Origin: an uncultured Acidimicrobiales bacterium
GTDB lineage: Bacteria > Actinomycetota > Acidimicrobiia > Acidimicrobiales > SZUA-35
Direction: 5' to 3'
Length of the DNA stretch: 64,000 bases
NCBI GenBank assembly: GCA_937976305.1
Contig: CALJSB010000027.1
Span: 29,368-93,367, forward strand
Part shown: in pieces, positions 37,001 through 45,568 of the stretch
Layout of the letters: every line of letters begins with the position of its first letter
Numbering within the stretch: position 1 is the first letter of the stretch
The notes under the pieces: model-generated
Databases searched by the model: none
What the model was told of the DNA's origin: nothing
The model's input: only the letters and a program-made list of their open reading frames with translations
Made by a program: the position numbers and the translations under genes

Positions 37001-37569
37001 GGATAGCCACCGGCCACCAACGGATCGACGAGGGCGTCGGGATCATCGACCACGGCACGACGACGTCCCGCTTCTGCAACCGCCCATGCGCTCGCGGCGT
37101 CCGCGATCCGGTCTGCAGCAATCACGAGATCAGCAGACCGCCGACTCATCGCTCGACGGTGGGTCCACCTCGAGCCCAAGCTGCGACCGATCAACCCCAA
37201 GGCCGAGACCGCGGCGAGGACGGCGAACAAAGGTGAGAAGATCAGGGCAACCACTGCACCAGCAACGATCGACGAGGCCACCGCGGCCCACGGAATCGCA
37301 GTGGGGTCGCTTGGAAGCGGCTCAACATCGAGGATGAGACGAACCGCCTCGGGCTGCGACGCGACAGCCGTCGGCCCACGCTGCACGACGATTCGACCGT
37401 CCGCATCCGGCCGTGTTGGCCGGACCCACGTTGACACGGCACCGTCGATCAGGTCACCCCGACACACACCACCTTCGGGTTCGTCGCCGATCGCAGTGGC
37501 ATCGCCAACCACCGACACAGCAACATCGCCCCACCCGAGATTCCGCACGACATCCCATGACTTCGCCAT
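34045..37569 (-). CDS. FtsK/SpoIIIE family ATPase, EccC/EssC-like
   Basis: Two TM segments; GPHALVAGTTGSGKSE, VDFKGG, IVDEFA, ARRGRSLGVHLVLATQRP, IRANTNLRVCLRV and PGRA; later ATPase domains degenerate. Confidence 0.88.
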   Translation of the reverse strand: MAKSWDVVRNLGWGDVAVSVVGDATAIGDEPEGGVCRGDLIDGAVSTWVRPTRPDADGRIVVQRGPTAVASQPEAVRLILDVEPLPSDPTAIPWAAVASSIVAGAVVALIFSPLFAVLAAVSALGLIGRSLGSRWTHRRAMSRRSADLVIAADRIADAASAWAVAEAGRRRAVVDDPDALVDPLVAGGYPWQELDAAELTVSIGRGTQEATPLLEFGTDDPAVVELVPEAVALRDVPIAVTVSAGMGLAITGDRGPAMAVMRWAVLEQVVRHGPASLPVFLITTADRLVEWDWAKWLPSLAGVGVGCEETDELLAEVTGSDVGGLLIVDGVEPTRAGGLAEALAGIDTAHRLLWIGSSTLVPAACGVTVDATADGGARLRSGGTLSGGAVDLIKAAWTLSLDDALGWARGLAPFVDPLAADGATALPHRFGIGDLGTPHFETGWQDARPDRLVADVGMGAGGVVSLDLVAEGPHALVAGTTGSGKSEFLRTLVTSLALRQPPELLSFVLVDFKGGGAFDPVSGLPHVAAVVTDLDADEAARALTSMRAELTDRERTLRRLGVSDVSDLERAAAVEIPRLVLIVDEFATLADELPDFLDGLVDIARRGRSLGVHLVLATQRPAGVVTGQIRANTNLRVCLRVQDRNDSIDVIDQPDGARLPAIPGRALLAIGAERLAQVQVASVSETQVDQRFEPFVLHPAIFAEDPVFAATYANTVAELNAGHACEAVDDGAETSVDTIAAAMSASTAVRAGAPWLEPLTAVAIDDVAVAMHEAADHAPGDLPFGLLDDPEHRRRLPLIWPSAESGLLILGSDRASVEHSIRLAVVGLLEQRRSVYVFDGLGGLDDLNSFVGVGDVLSPREPERALKGLGVLARAVRNGGEPPAIVVRGWASVADGVAAAGGAEAAVELERLVREGLAAGAPIVVTGASDRDVPGRVRSRLATRLLHNLADPSSYAMFGLRGAPNLGAPLSVVDPDTGLIGMVADLSRSRLERVRRLRPAGGVPSPIRTLGPTVSLADLPEVVTNGSTHRLAVGLDEDLEVRSVEVRPGRPLVVLGEGSEPHGAVVDRIEARLAASDPLVVSNADLVGRDEGVALVAQAATEGRPLVIAASPRSAKGFDSWIGKLLSDATVMLVNPTSRDGEICRVVIPDLRDAPVGRSVIVDRGRVAVVQLAA

Positions 37570-37573
37570 CCCA

Positions 37574-37611
37574 TAACTGTAATTGAATGTATTTAACAGT
37601 AGTTACAGTTA
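37574..37611. promoter_or_regulatory. AT-rich inverted repeat TAACTGTAA-N20-TTACAGTTA overlapping a leaderless -10 box of the FtsK gene
   Basis: Minus strand reads TACAGT, 6 nt, ATG (37569). Confidence 0.6.
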
Positions 37612-37633
37612 GGTAAGTTCGCCCCGCATCTCC

Positions 37634-37681
37634 GTTCTGGAGGCTCCTACCGTCGTTTCAGACGGTGGAGTGCTCCAGAAC
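37634..37681. repeat. 48-bp palindromic element (GTTCTGGAG...CTCCAGAAC)
   Basis: Strong hairpin with inner CTCC-ACCGTC/GACGGT-GGAG pairing; same length as the other five copies; may also act as a terminator. Confidence 0.75.
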
Positions 37682-37714
37682 GGGGTTCAGGGTGCCTGTG
37701 TTGTTACGGGTTGG

Positions 37715-38974
37715 TCAGTCGTCAGAGAGGCTGGGGAATCCCGAGTGGTCGCGTTTGCCGGTTGCCGCTTCGGCCATGGCTTTGACGCCTTCGACGGTGG
37801 CGAGCATGTTGGTTCGGAACATCTCTTGGCGTCGGCCGATCACAACGCTCTCGAGTTCTCGCGCCTCGCTCTCAGAGGCCCCGCCATCGACAGCACGATC
37901 GATCATGTCGGAGAGACCCGATCGACCAGGACCGATCCGGCCGTGGAATCGCAGTCGACTACCGCCCGGAACCTTCTCGATCGCGAAGCGCCAGCGGCCA
38001 GCTGAATCGTCGACGTCCTCGACATGCCAAGCAAAGGCCTTCGGCGCGTCCCACTCGACCACGTGACTGGTTGTGGTCCACTCAGCCCCGTCCCGCTTGT
38101 TGCGCCCCGTGAACGTCGAGCCGACACCAGGGGCCTCATCCGGAGCGTCCCAGCTTCCTCCGACGTACTCGTCGCTGAACTCGGCGGGGACGTTGAGATC
38201 CGTCACGAGATCCCACACCACCCGAGGGCTCGCCTTCACATCGACCTCGACCATGACCCCCGGTCCGTCCGCGATCGACCGAGGTTCACTCCGGCTGTCG
38301 GCGAGCGTGCGCCCGTAGCGGTCAAAGTAGGTGATCTCACGCGCCGGGTAGCGCCTGCTGGTCGGCTTGAAGTCGGCCCCGATCGTGTGGGCCACAGGGA
38401 ACAACGCGATCTGCGTCACGTCATCGGGCAGCTGCAGAAGCTCCGCGACGTTGTCGGCCTCGTTGAGGAACATGGTGGTCCACACGGTGCCCAGGCCACG
38501 AGCTCGCAGAGCAACCATGAAACTCCACGCAGATTGGATGACTGAATCGAACAGACCCGGACGCCCACTCCCGTCGTGACGGCCGATGATCGTCGGGATC
38601 ACCAGGGCCGGCGTTCGGGCAATGTTCTCGCCCAGATGCTTGGCCCCGAGCATCAGCTTCTCGTTCTGGTGGCCGGTTCCTTCGAGCTCCTCGGCCTTCT
38701 TGATCACCCATTCGACGCCAGCAGAGAGGTAGAGCTCGGCCATGCGATCTTTGGTCGCTTGATCGCGAATGATCATCCAACGACGACTGCCGTTGTTGCC
38801 CCCAGTCGGCGCCTGTTCGGCCACGTCGATGCAGTCGAGGAGGACCTGATCATCGACATCACGGTCGAAGTCGAGCCTGGCCCGCACCCCTCTTGTGGTC
38901 GTGAGCGCATGGTCGACGAGATCGACGTAGCTCGCTGATGCTGGCGCAAACGGTGGGTCTTGTGCTGTCGTCAT
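37715..38974 (-). CDS. Nitroreductase family domain fused to an SRPBCC (polyketide cyclase-like) domain
   Basis: LTTTRGVR, AEQAPTGGN, ALRARGLGTVWTT; C-terminal VEVDVKASPRVVWDLVTD...GSTFTGRN...FAW...WRF. Confidence 0.85.
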   Translation of the reverse strand: MTTAQDPPFAPASASYVDLVDHALTTTRGVRARLDFDRDVDDQVLLDCIDVAEQAPTGGNNGSRRWMIIRDQATKDRMAELYLSAGVEWVIKKAEELEGTGHQNEKLMLGAKHLGENIARTPALVIPTIIGRHDGSGRPGLFDSVIQSAWSFMVALRARGLGTVWTTMFLNEADNVAELLQLPDDVTQIALFPVAHTIGADFKPTSRRYPAREITYFDRYGRTLADSRSEPRSIADGPGVMVEVDVKASPRVVWDLVTDLNVPAEFSDEYVGGSWDAPDEAPGVGSTFTGRNKRDGAEWTTTSHVVEWDAPKAFAWHVEDVDDSAGRWRFAIEKVPGGSRLRFHGRIGPGRSGLSDMIDRAVDGGASESEARELESVVIGRRQEMFRTNMLATVEGVKAMAEAATGKRDHSGFPSLSDD

Positions 38975-38984
38975 AGATCTGTCG

Positions 38985-40046
38985 TCATCGGGTCGCTTCG
39001 TTGTCGGCCACAGCGTTGATCTTGGCCAACGCCATCTCGTCTGCGACATCTGAGGACGGCCGCGACTCGTCGCGTGCCGTCTGCAGTATCGATCGAATCG
39101 TGTCGTAGAGCCCGTCGATCTTGGTGAGCGAGGCTTCTCGTGATGGCGGTCCGTAGATGACGGTGGCCGCCCCCATGACACCGCCGGCGTTCACCACGAA
39201 GTCGGGCACATACGCGATCCCACGATCCCGCAGGGCCGCACCATGTCGTGGCTCGGCGAGCTGGTTGTTCGCCAACCCACACACCGCCGTTGCCTGCAGT
39301 TCGCTGATGGTCTGATCGTTGAGGACGGCACCCATGGCGCACGGCGCAAACACGTCGACGTCTTGGGCGTGGATGACGTTTGGCGCCGCTGCTTTGGCGC
39401 CGAAGGCCGCTACGGCGTCGGCAACCGCCGCCTCGTCGATGTCGGCCACGATCAGTTCGGCACCTGCTTCGTGGAGATGGCCGGCGAGCCGCGATCCGGT
39501 CGCCCCAAGGCCTTGGATAGCGACCCGAACGCCGGAAAGATCATCGCTCCCCCGGGTGTGCGCCATGACCGCCCGGATGCCGTTGAGTCCGCCGAGCGCA
39601 GTGAACGCTGACGGATTGAAGCCCGGTTCGTATTGGCTGGCCCGAGCGAACGTGTAGTCGCACGTTTCCGCCAACACGTCGGCATCCGCCGGGCCGACAC
39701 CGACATCGATCGCCGTCCAATATCGCCCGGCCAAGGCCTGAACATGGCGACCGAATGACCGCAGCAGCACGTCTTTGTCGGGTCTCGACGGATCAGCGAT
39801 GATGACGCACTTGCCTCCGCCGAGGGGCAGGTCGGCCAGCGCATTCTTATAGCTCATGCCCTGTGACAGCCGCAGCACGTCGCGCAGCGCATCTGCCTCT
39901 GTTGCATAGGGCTGCATACGGCAACCACCGGCTGCGGGACCGAGCGCAGTCGAGTGAATGGCAATGATCGCCGAGAGCCCAACGCTGGGATCAGAGCAGA
40001 ACACAACCTGTTCGTGCCCGTCGAAGTCCTGGTGCTCGAAGATCAC
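38985..40046 (-). CDS. Glu/Leu/Phe/Val dehydrogenase
   Basis: HEQVVFC, IAIHSTALGPAAGGCR, MSYKNA, GGGK, DVG, QGLG, APCAMG, ANN and PDFVVNAGG. Confidence 0.92.
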   Translation of the reverse strand: MIFEHQDFDGHEQVVFCSDPSVGLSAIIAIHSTALGPAAGGCRMQPYATEADALRDVLRLSQGMSYKNALADLPLGGGKCVIIADPSRPDKDVLLRSFGRHVQALAGRYWTAIDVGVGPADADVLAETCDYTFARASQYEPGFNPSAFTALGGLNGIRAVMAHTRGSDDLSGVRVAIQGLGATGSRLAGHLHEAGAELIVADIDEAAVADAVAAFGAKAAAPNVIHAQDVDVFAPCAMGAVLNDQTISELQATAVCGLANNQLAEPRHGAALRDRGIAYVPDFVVNAGGVMGAATVIYGPPSREASLTKIDGLYDTIRSILQTARDESRPSSDVADEMALAKINAVADNEATR

Positions 40047-40059
40047 GTTCGGTGCAGGC

Positions 40060-41193
40060 TCAGGCGAACTCGCCGACAAGCCGATCGACGACGGCATCAA
40101 GCACGGGACGAGTCGTTGCCACATTCAGTCGGGCATAACCCCGGCCGCCGTCGGTGAAGTCGCAGCCGGGCGACAAGGCGATGCGGGCCTGATCAAGGAG
40201 ACGAGCCGCCGGCTCGTCGCCCCCATCGACACCACGGAAGTCGAGCCACGCCAAATACGTCGCCTCAGGGATCTGCCACGAAACACCGGGCAGTTCGGCG
40301 GCGAGTCGACCGGCGAGATGATCACGCTGGTCGGTGAGGTGAGCCTGGGTCTCCGCGAGCCAGTCATGCCCCTCCGTCCATGCCGCCAATGTGGCGAGCG
40401 CTCCCGGTGTGCTGACGGCTCCCCGAAAGTGGTTCGGCAAGCCGTCGAGTGTTGCCATCACCGTGTCAGAGCCGACCGCAGCCAGGGCACATCGCAACCC
40501 GGCGAGGTTGAAGGCCTTGCTCGCCGCCGAGAAGATCACGCTTCGGTGGTTGGCTACGTTCGCAAACGGAATGTGCGTGGCCCCCGGGTGCAACACGTCG
40601 GCCCAGATCTCGTCAGACAGCACAAGCAGATCGTGTTCTTCTGCAACGGCGGCCAACCCGGCCAGCTCTTCTGCATCGAACGCACGACCCGTCGGGTTGT
40701 GCGGATTGCACATGAGAATCGCGGTGGTCCGCTCGTCGATCACCGACCGCAGCACGTCGGTGTCGAGTCGCCAACCATCGGGATCGAGCGGGCAGTCGAT
40801 GAGACGACGGCCGGACGACTCGAGGGCTCGAATGAACGGCGGATAGATCGGCGTGAGCAACACGACGCCATCGCCCGGCTTGGTGTTGGTCCACAACACA
40901 ATGTCGATGCCGTGCAGCACATCGGTGAAGGGCACGATCCGGTCGACCGGTGGCATCCAACCGTGGTAGCGACTCTGCCATTCGGCAAATGCCTCGGCGA
41001 CGGTCGGCATCGTCGTGCGTTGCGGGTAGCCGAAATCACCGCGATCAATCAGATCACGAAGTGTCGCGTCGATGCACGGAGCGGGCGGCAGATCCATGTC
41101 GGCGACCCACGCCGGCAACACGTCTTCCGGATCTCGCGTCCACTTGGCTCCGGTGAGTCGTCTCAGGCGAGCGAGATCCTCGGCTAGCGCCAC
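40060..41193 (-). CDS. MalY/PatB PLP-dependent enzyme (cystathionine beta-lyase-like)
   Basis: AKW, AWVADMD, PIYPPF, CNPHNPTGR, SDEIW, SKAFNLAG and ATYLAWLD. Confidence 0.9.
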   Translation of the reverse strand: MALAEDLARLRRLTGAKWTRDPEDVLPAWVADMDLPPAPCIDATLRDLIDRGDFGYPQRTTMPTVAEAFAEWQSRYHGWMPPVDRIVPFTDVLHGIDIVLWTNTKPGDGVVLLTPIYPPFIRALESSGRRLIDCPLDPDGWRLDTDVLRSVIDERTTAILMCNPHNPTGRAFDAEELAGLAAVAEEHDLLVLSDEIWADVLHPGATHIPFANVANHRSVIFSAASKAFNLAGLRCALAAVGSDTVMATLDGLPNHFRGAVSTPGALATLAAWTEGHDWLAETQAHLTDQRDHLAGRLAAELPGVSWQIPEATYLAWLDFRGVDGGDEPAARLLDQARIALSPGCDFTDGGRGYARLNVATTRPVLDAVVDRLVGEFA

Positions 41194-41942
41194 TCCTGCC
41201 CTCCCCCGAAGACGTTGAGCTTTTCGCCGGTCACGAGGAAGGCGCGATCAGACATGAAGAAGCGCACCGCATCGGCGATGTCTTCTGGCGTGCACACACG
41301 GCCGAACGGCTGCTTGTCGTGCACCTCAGCGATGTCGTCGATGCCGGCCGCCCCCTTCACCAACCGCCGACCCATTTCGGTGTCGATCAGACCAGGAGCA
41401 ACGATGTTGACGCGCACGCCATGCGGACGTTCTTCTTTGGCCAGCGTGAGGGCCAAGGCCTCCATTGCTGCTTTGCCCATGTTGTAAGGAGCGCCATTGG
41501 CGTTGTGGTTGAGTGTCGCAACAGACGAGATGAATACGACATCGGCTCGCTCGTTGTTGCGCAGGTGCGGGGCTGCGACTGAGCAGAGATGGTGGGGGCC
41601 GAGAGCATGGACCGCCATGACTCGGTGCAGCTCATCGGCCTGGGTGTCGGCCACAGTCAAACCCCGGGAGGCAACGCCGGCGTTGCAGACCAGCGCCTGC
41701 AGCCCTCCAAGCTCCTCGACGGTCGCAGCGACGGCTTGCTCGTTGTCGGCAGTAACGCTGACATCGCTCTGGATCGCCAGCGCCCGCCGACCCATGGCCC
41801 GGATCTCGTCCGCGGTCTCCTCGGCCTCGTCTGCCCCCTTGCGATAGGTCAACGCAATATCGAACCCATCTTCAGCAAGGCCGAGTGAGATGCCGCGGCC
41901 AGCGCCGCGCCCACCCCCGGTGACCAGTGCGACACGTTCCAT
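41184..41942 (-). CDS. Short-chain dehydrogenase/reductase
   Basis: TGGGRGAG, CNAG, ISS, YNMGK and VAPGLIDT. Confidence 0.92.
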   Translation of the reverse strand: MERVALVTGGGRGAGRGISLGLAEDGFDIALTYRKGADEAEETADEIRAMGRRALAIQSDVSVTADNEQAVAATVEELGGLQALVCNAGVASRGLTVADTQADELHRVMAVHALGPHHLCSVAAPHLRNNERADVVFISSVATLNHNANGAPYNMGKAAMEALALTLAKEERPHGVRVNIVAPGLIDTEMGRRLVKGAAGIDDIAEVHDKQPFGRVCTPEDIADAVRFFMSDRAFLVTGEKLNVFGGGQEWR

Positions 41943-42028
41943 GTATGCGTTCTCCTTCGATCGCCAGCATCAGCGTGGATCGCATCCTGTCCCAAGTTCG
42001 CCTGAGCCGCCAGCGACAGCACCGTGAT

Positions 42029-43801
42029 CTATCGGCCTGCTTGTTCCTGCTCGTCCGCAAGTTCGAGCCATCGTTCTTCTGTCTGCGCCAACTCGGCCTC
42101 GATATCGGCCAACTCCTGACCAAGCCGAGACATCTCGTTGTGGTCGTCTGTGATTTCGACCAGTTGAGTTTGCAGACGATCTCGCTTCTTCTCGAGCTTC
42201 GCCATCGACTTCTCGGCTTCGCGAATGAGGTGACCAATCGTGCTGGAGGACCGACCGGACGATTTCTCGCGGTTCTGCTTGGACTTCGCAGTCGACTTCG
42301 CCGGGCCGGCAGTCTTCGAGCTGACCGTTCTCGATCCCCCGTTGGCTTTGCGCTGCTCGTCCCAGGCGTTGAAACCTCCGGGCCAACGAGTCGCTCGACC
42401 TTCGCCATCGATCACCAGCGCATCGGCCACAACCCGCTCGAGAAACGCTCGATCGTGACTCACGACAACAACCGCCCCGGGCCAGTCTTCGAGAAAATCC
42501 TCAAGCGCCCGCAACGTTTCGAGATCGAGATCATTGGTCGGCTCATCGAGCAGCAGAACGTTTGGCTTCGAGGCCAACACGGTCAGCAGCTCGAGCCGTC
42601 GGCGCTCACCTCCCGACAACGTGCTGACCTGAGCCCATTGCGCATCGGCGTCGAACCAAAAAGAAGACAACAACCGGGCGTCGGTCCAGTCGGGCTTGCG
42701 ATCAGGCCCCGCGATCACCTCGCGAGCCCGGGCGTCTGGGTCGAGATCAATACCGAGCTGACGGAAGTAGCCGAGCTCAACCGTCGAACCCCAGTTGACG
42801 GTCCCCGCCTGTGGATCACGACGCTGCGCCATGATGTCGAGCAGCGTGGATTTGCCGGCGCCGTTCGGCCCGACGATCCCAAGGCGTTCTCGGGGATCGA
42901 GCTTGAGTTCGAGGCCCGAAAACAGTGTTCGCCCATCAGGCGTCGCCGCATCGATGTTCGCGAGTTCGATCACGACATCGCCCAAACGAGGTGTGGGGAA
43001 CTCGAGGTGCAGTTCACTCGGTCGAGCTGGTCCTTCAGGTTTCGTGTCGATCAGCTTCTTGGCTGCTTCGACTCGGTACTTCGGCTTCGACGTGCGAGCT
43101 TTCGCCCCTCGGCGAAGCCACGCCAGCTCTGACTTCGCTAGGTTTCGGCGGATGGCCTCTGCGTCGGCCGCGGCGCTTTCTCGATCAGCTCGGTTCTCGA
43201 GAAAGTCGTCGTAGCCACCCTCGTGCACATGCACGTTGCCTCGATCGAGTTCGATCATTCGCGTCGTCAGCCGGTCGAGGACGTGGCGGTCGTGGGTGAC
43301 GAGCACAAGACCGCCCCGGTAACTCATGAGGCGCTGCTCGAGCCATTCGATGCCTTCGAGATCGAGATGGTTTGTCGGTTCGTCGAGAATCAACATGTCA
43401 CACGGCGTGACGAGCGCTCTCGCCAAGGCCACGCGCTTGGTTTCGCCGCCCGAAAGTCCGGCGGTCGATCGATCGAGGTGATCACCCATACCAAGCCGAG
43501 TGAGCACCGACTCGGCCTCCCACGGCTCGGGGGCCACGGCGGCAACCACATCTCGAACGGTGCCGGCTGGCAACTCGTCGGTCTGGTCGAGCATCGACAG
43601 ACGAACGCCGTTGCCGAACACCACAGAACCAGATTCGGGATCTTGGCGACCGGCAATCACCCGCAGCAGGGTCGACTTCCCCGTTCCGTTGATGCCCACG
43701 ACTCCGAGCCGATCACCGGTTGAGATCGTGACGGACGCACCGGAGAACAGCGGCTTGTCTGGCCGAGAGACAGAAACGTCTGCGACGTCAACAAGGATCA
43801 C
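42029..43801 (-). CDS. ABC-F family ATPase (Uup-like)
   Basis: Two ABC domains (GINGTGKST/LSGGE/DEPTNHLD and GPNGAGKST/LSGGE/DEPTNDLD), linker ELAWLRRGAKARTSK, coiled-coil C-terminus; leaderless TACGCT-6nt-GTG. Confidence 0.92.
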   Translation of the reverse strand: MILVDVADVSVSRPDKPLFSGASVTISTGDRLGVVGINGTGKSTLLRVIAGRQDPESGSVVFGNGVRLSMLDQTDELPAGTVRDVVAAVAPEPWEAESVLTRLGMGDHLDRSTAGLSGGETKRVALARALVTPCDMLILDEPTNHLDLEGIEWLEQRLMSYRGGLVLVTHDRHVLDRLTTRMIELDRGNVHVHEGGYDDFLENRADRESAAADAEAIRRNLAKSELAWLRRGAKARTSKPKYRVEAAKKLIDTKPEGPARPSELHLEFPTPRLGDVVIELANIDAATPDGRTLFSGLELKLDPRERLGIVGPNGAGKSTLLDIMAQRRDPQAGTVNWGSTVELGYFRQLGIDLDPDARAREVIAGPDRKPDWTDARLLSSFWFDADAQWAQVSTLSGGERRRLELLTVLASKPNVLLLDEPTNDLDLETLRALEDFLEDWPGAVVVVSHDRAFLERVVADALVIDGEGRATRWPGGFNAWDEQRKANGGSRTVSSKTAGPAKSTAKSKQNREKSSGRSSSTIGHLIREAEKSMAKLEKKRDRLQTQLVEITDDHNEMSRLGQELADIEAELAQTEERWLELADEQEQAGR

Positions 43802-43861
43802 CGGTAGAGCGTACGGGCACCCGACCGTGGTGTTCGCCTCTCCAGCTGAGACACTCCGGTC

Positions 43862-44650
43862 GTGGCCAACTCCGACTCAGAGGTGACGTCGCCGAGATTG
43901 CTGGACGATCTCGTCGTGAAACGGCCTGGTCCCGGCGTGCGGGCCATCGGGTTGGTGATGTCGGGTGTCCGCAAGATCACGAACCAAGTACCTCTCTACA
44001 CCGAGTGGTGGAGCAAACAGAATCATCGAGTTGTCGAGCAGTTGCTGGCGGAGCACGGGTCGGGAACAGCGGCAACCAAGCTACTGGTGTCGATCGGCGA
44101 CTCGAGCGCACTCGGCATCGGCGCCAAGACCCCAGCGCTGAGCTACATCGGCCAACTCACCGAACTTCTCTCACACCGCGATGCCGACGCTGGTTCAACG
44201 TGGCGAGCCATCAACCTCTCAATGTCTGGCGCCCGCGTCCGCGATGGCATCGACCGCCAGCTGCCGCTGCTGCGTCGGCTCGATGCGGCCGGGCTCGTTC
44301 CCGACCTCGTGATCTGCGTGATCGGGTCGAACGATGTTTTCTGGGGTTCGGGCCGGCGTCGCCAATCCAAGACGGCGGCCAACGCCAAACTTCGACGGGA
44401 ACTCACCGAGATCATCGCTGAACTCCCCGCCACTGCGATTGTGGGCGAGGCGGCGGGCAAATCAGAACGCGGACAGTTGGCCAACAAGGCGATCCGGGCC
44501 GCCTGTGAAGAACACAGCCTGCCGTCGCTGAACCCGTGGCGAGGCGACGACAGCGACAGCCGACCCCGGTTGTCCGAAGATCGGTTCCATCTCAACGAGC
44601 TCGGGTATGCAGCCATGGCCCACAACTTCTTCACCCTCATCAACACCTAA
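43862..44650 (+). CDS. SGNH/GDSL hydrolase
   Basis: IGDS, SGA, IGSND and DRFHLN..GY blocks. Confidence 0.88.
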   Translation: MANSDSEVTSPRLLDDLVVKRPGPGVRAIGLVMSGVRKITNQVPLYTEWWSKQNHRVVEQLLAEHGSGTAATKLLVSIGDSSALGIGAKTPALSYIGQLTELLSHRDADAGSTWRAINLSMSGARVRDGIDRQLPLLRRLDAAGLVPDLVICVIGSNDVFWGSGRRRQSKTAANAKLRRELTEIIAELPATAIVGEAAGKSERGQLANKAIRAACEEHSLPSLNPWRGDDSDSRPRLSEDRFHLNELGYAAMAHNFFTLINT

Positions 44651-44728
44651 CCCGCATCAACGCGTCACCCGAGTCACGGCTGGCCGACCATTGCCAGCAG
44701 CGCTGGCTGCGCTCGCTACTCTCGCAAC

Positions 44729-45547
44729 GTGTCCGGCATCCTCAGCGACCTCGACATGGGCGAGCCACAGCGACGGCGTCCAGCATGGCCAAACCTTCCT
44801 GCAACCAAGGGTTTGCTGGTTCGACACCGCAGCTCTGGATACGTCGGCAAGGTCCGGCGATTCACGGCGACATGGGTGATGATCATCGACCAAGACGGTC
44901 GTGAGCAGACATTGCGGAACGAGCGAGGTGCGTTCTCCGTCGATGGAAAGACCGTCAGCCTCGTCGCTCCACCCGTGCCAACCGAGCGAGAACAGACGAA
45001 GACCGCATCCGGCTCGATTGCTCAGCCGACCGAAAAGGCCAGAGTTGCCCGTGCCAGCCGCATCCTGGTCGAGGGCATCCACGATGCCGAACTCGTCGAG
45101 AAGGTGTGGGGTGACGATCTGCGTATCGAGGGCGTCGTCGTCGAACCACTCCATGGCGCAGACGACCTCGACGAGATCGTGCAGAGGTTCGGACCCCGTC
45201 CCGGGCGTCGCCTCGGCATCCTTCTCGACCACCTCGTCAATCACTCGAAGGAGAGTCGAATCGCGGCCACGATCGACCACCCCGATGTTTTGATCACCGG
45301 CCATCCCTATGTCGATGTTTGGCAGGCGATTCGACCACGGGTGCTTGGCATCGAGGTATGGCCAACCATCCCAAAGGGCCAAGACTGGAAAACCGGCATC
45401 TGCAAGGAGTTCGGTTTTCATGGGCCACCCGGTGAGCTCTGGCGCCATCTCCTTGGCCGGGTGAACAACTACGCCGATCTCGAGCCAGGACTCGTCGGCG
45501 CGGTCGAACAACTCATCGACTTCGTGACCGAACCCGCTCGCCTGTGA
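44729..45547 (+). CDS. DUF3097 family protein
   Basis: TASGS, ARASRILVEGIHDAELVEKVWGDDLRIEG, DHLV..SKESR and EQLIDFVT; leaderless TACTCT-6nt-GTG. Confidence 0.85.
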   Translation: MSGILSDLDMGEPQRRRPAWPNLPATKGLLVRHRSSGYVGKVRRFTATWVMIIDQDGREQTLRNERGAFSVDGKTVSLVAPPVPTEREQTKTASGSIAQPTEKARVARASRILVEGIHDAELVEKVWGDDLRIEGVVVEPLHGADDLDEIVQRFGPRPGRRLGILLDHLVNHSKESRIAATIDHPDVLITGHPYVDVWQAIRPRVLGIEVWPTIPKGQDWKTGICKEFGFHGPPGELWRHLLGRVNNYADLEPGLVGAVEQLIDFVTEPARL

Positions 45548-45568
45548 GCGATCCGGGCTCTCCCTGCT

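Noticed and set aside
34045-37569. FtsK protein as the cell-division translocase or a plasmid TraB
   Set aside because: It has EccC-type motifs (GPHALVAG, DFKGG), a multi-domain layout and no FtsK gamma domain.
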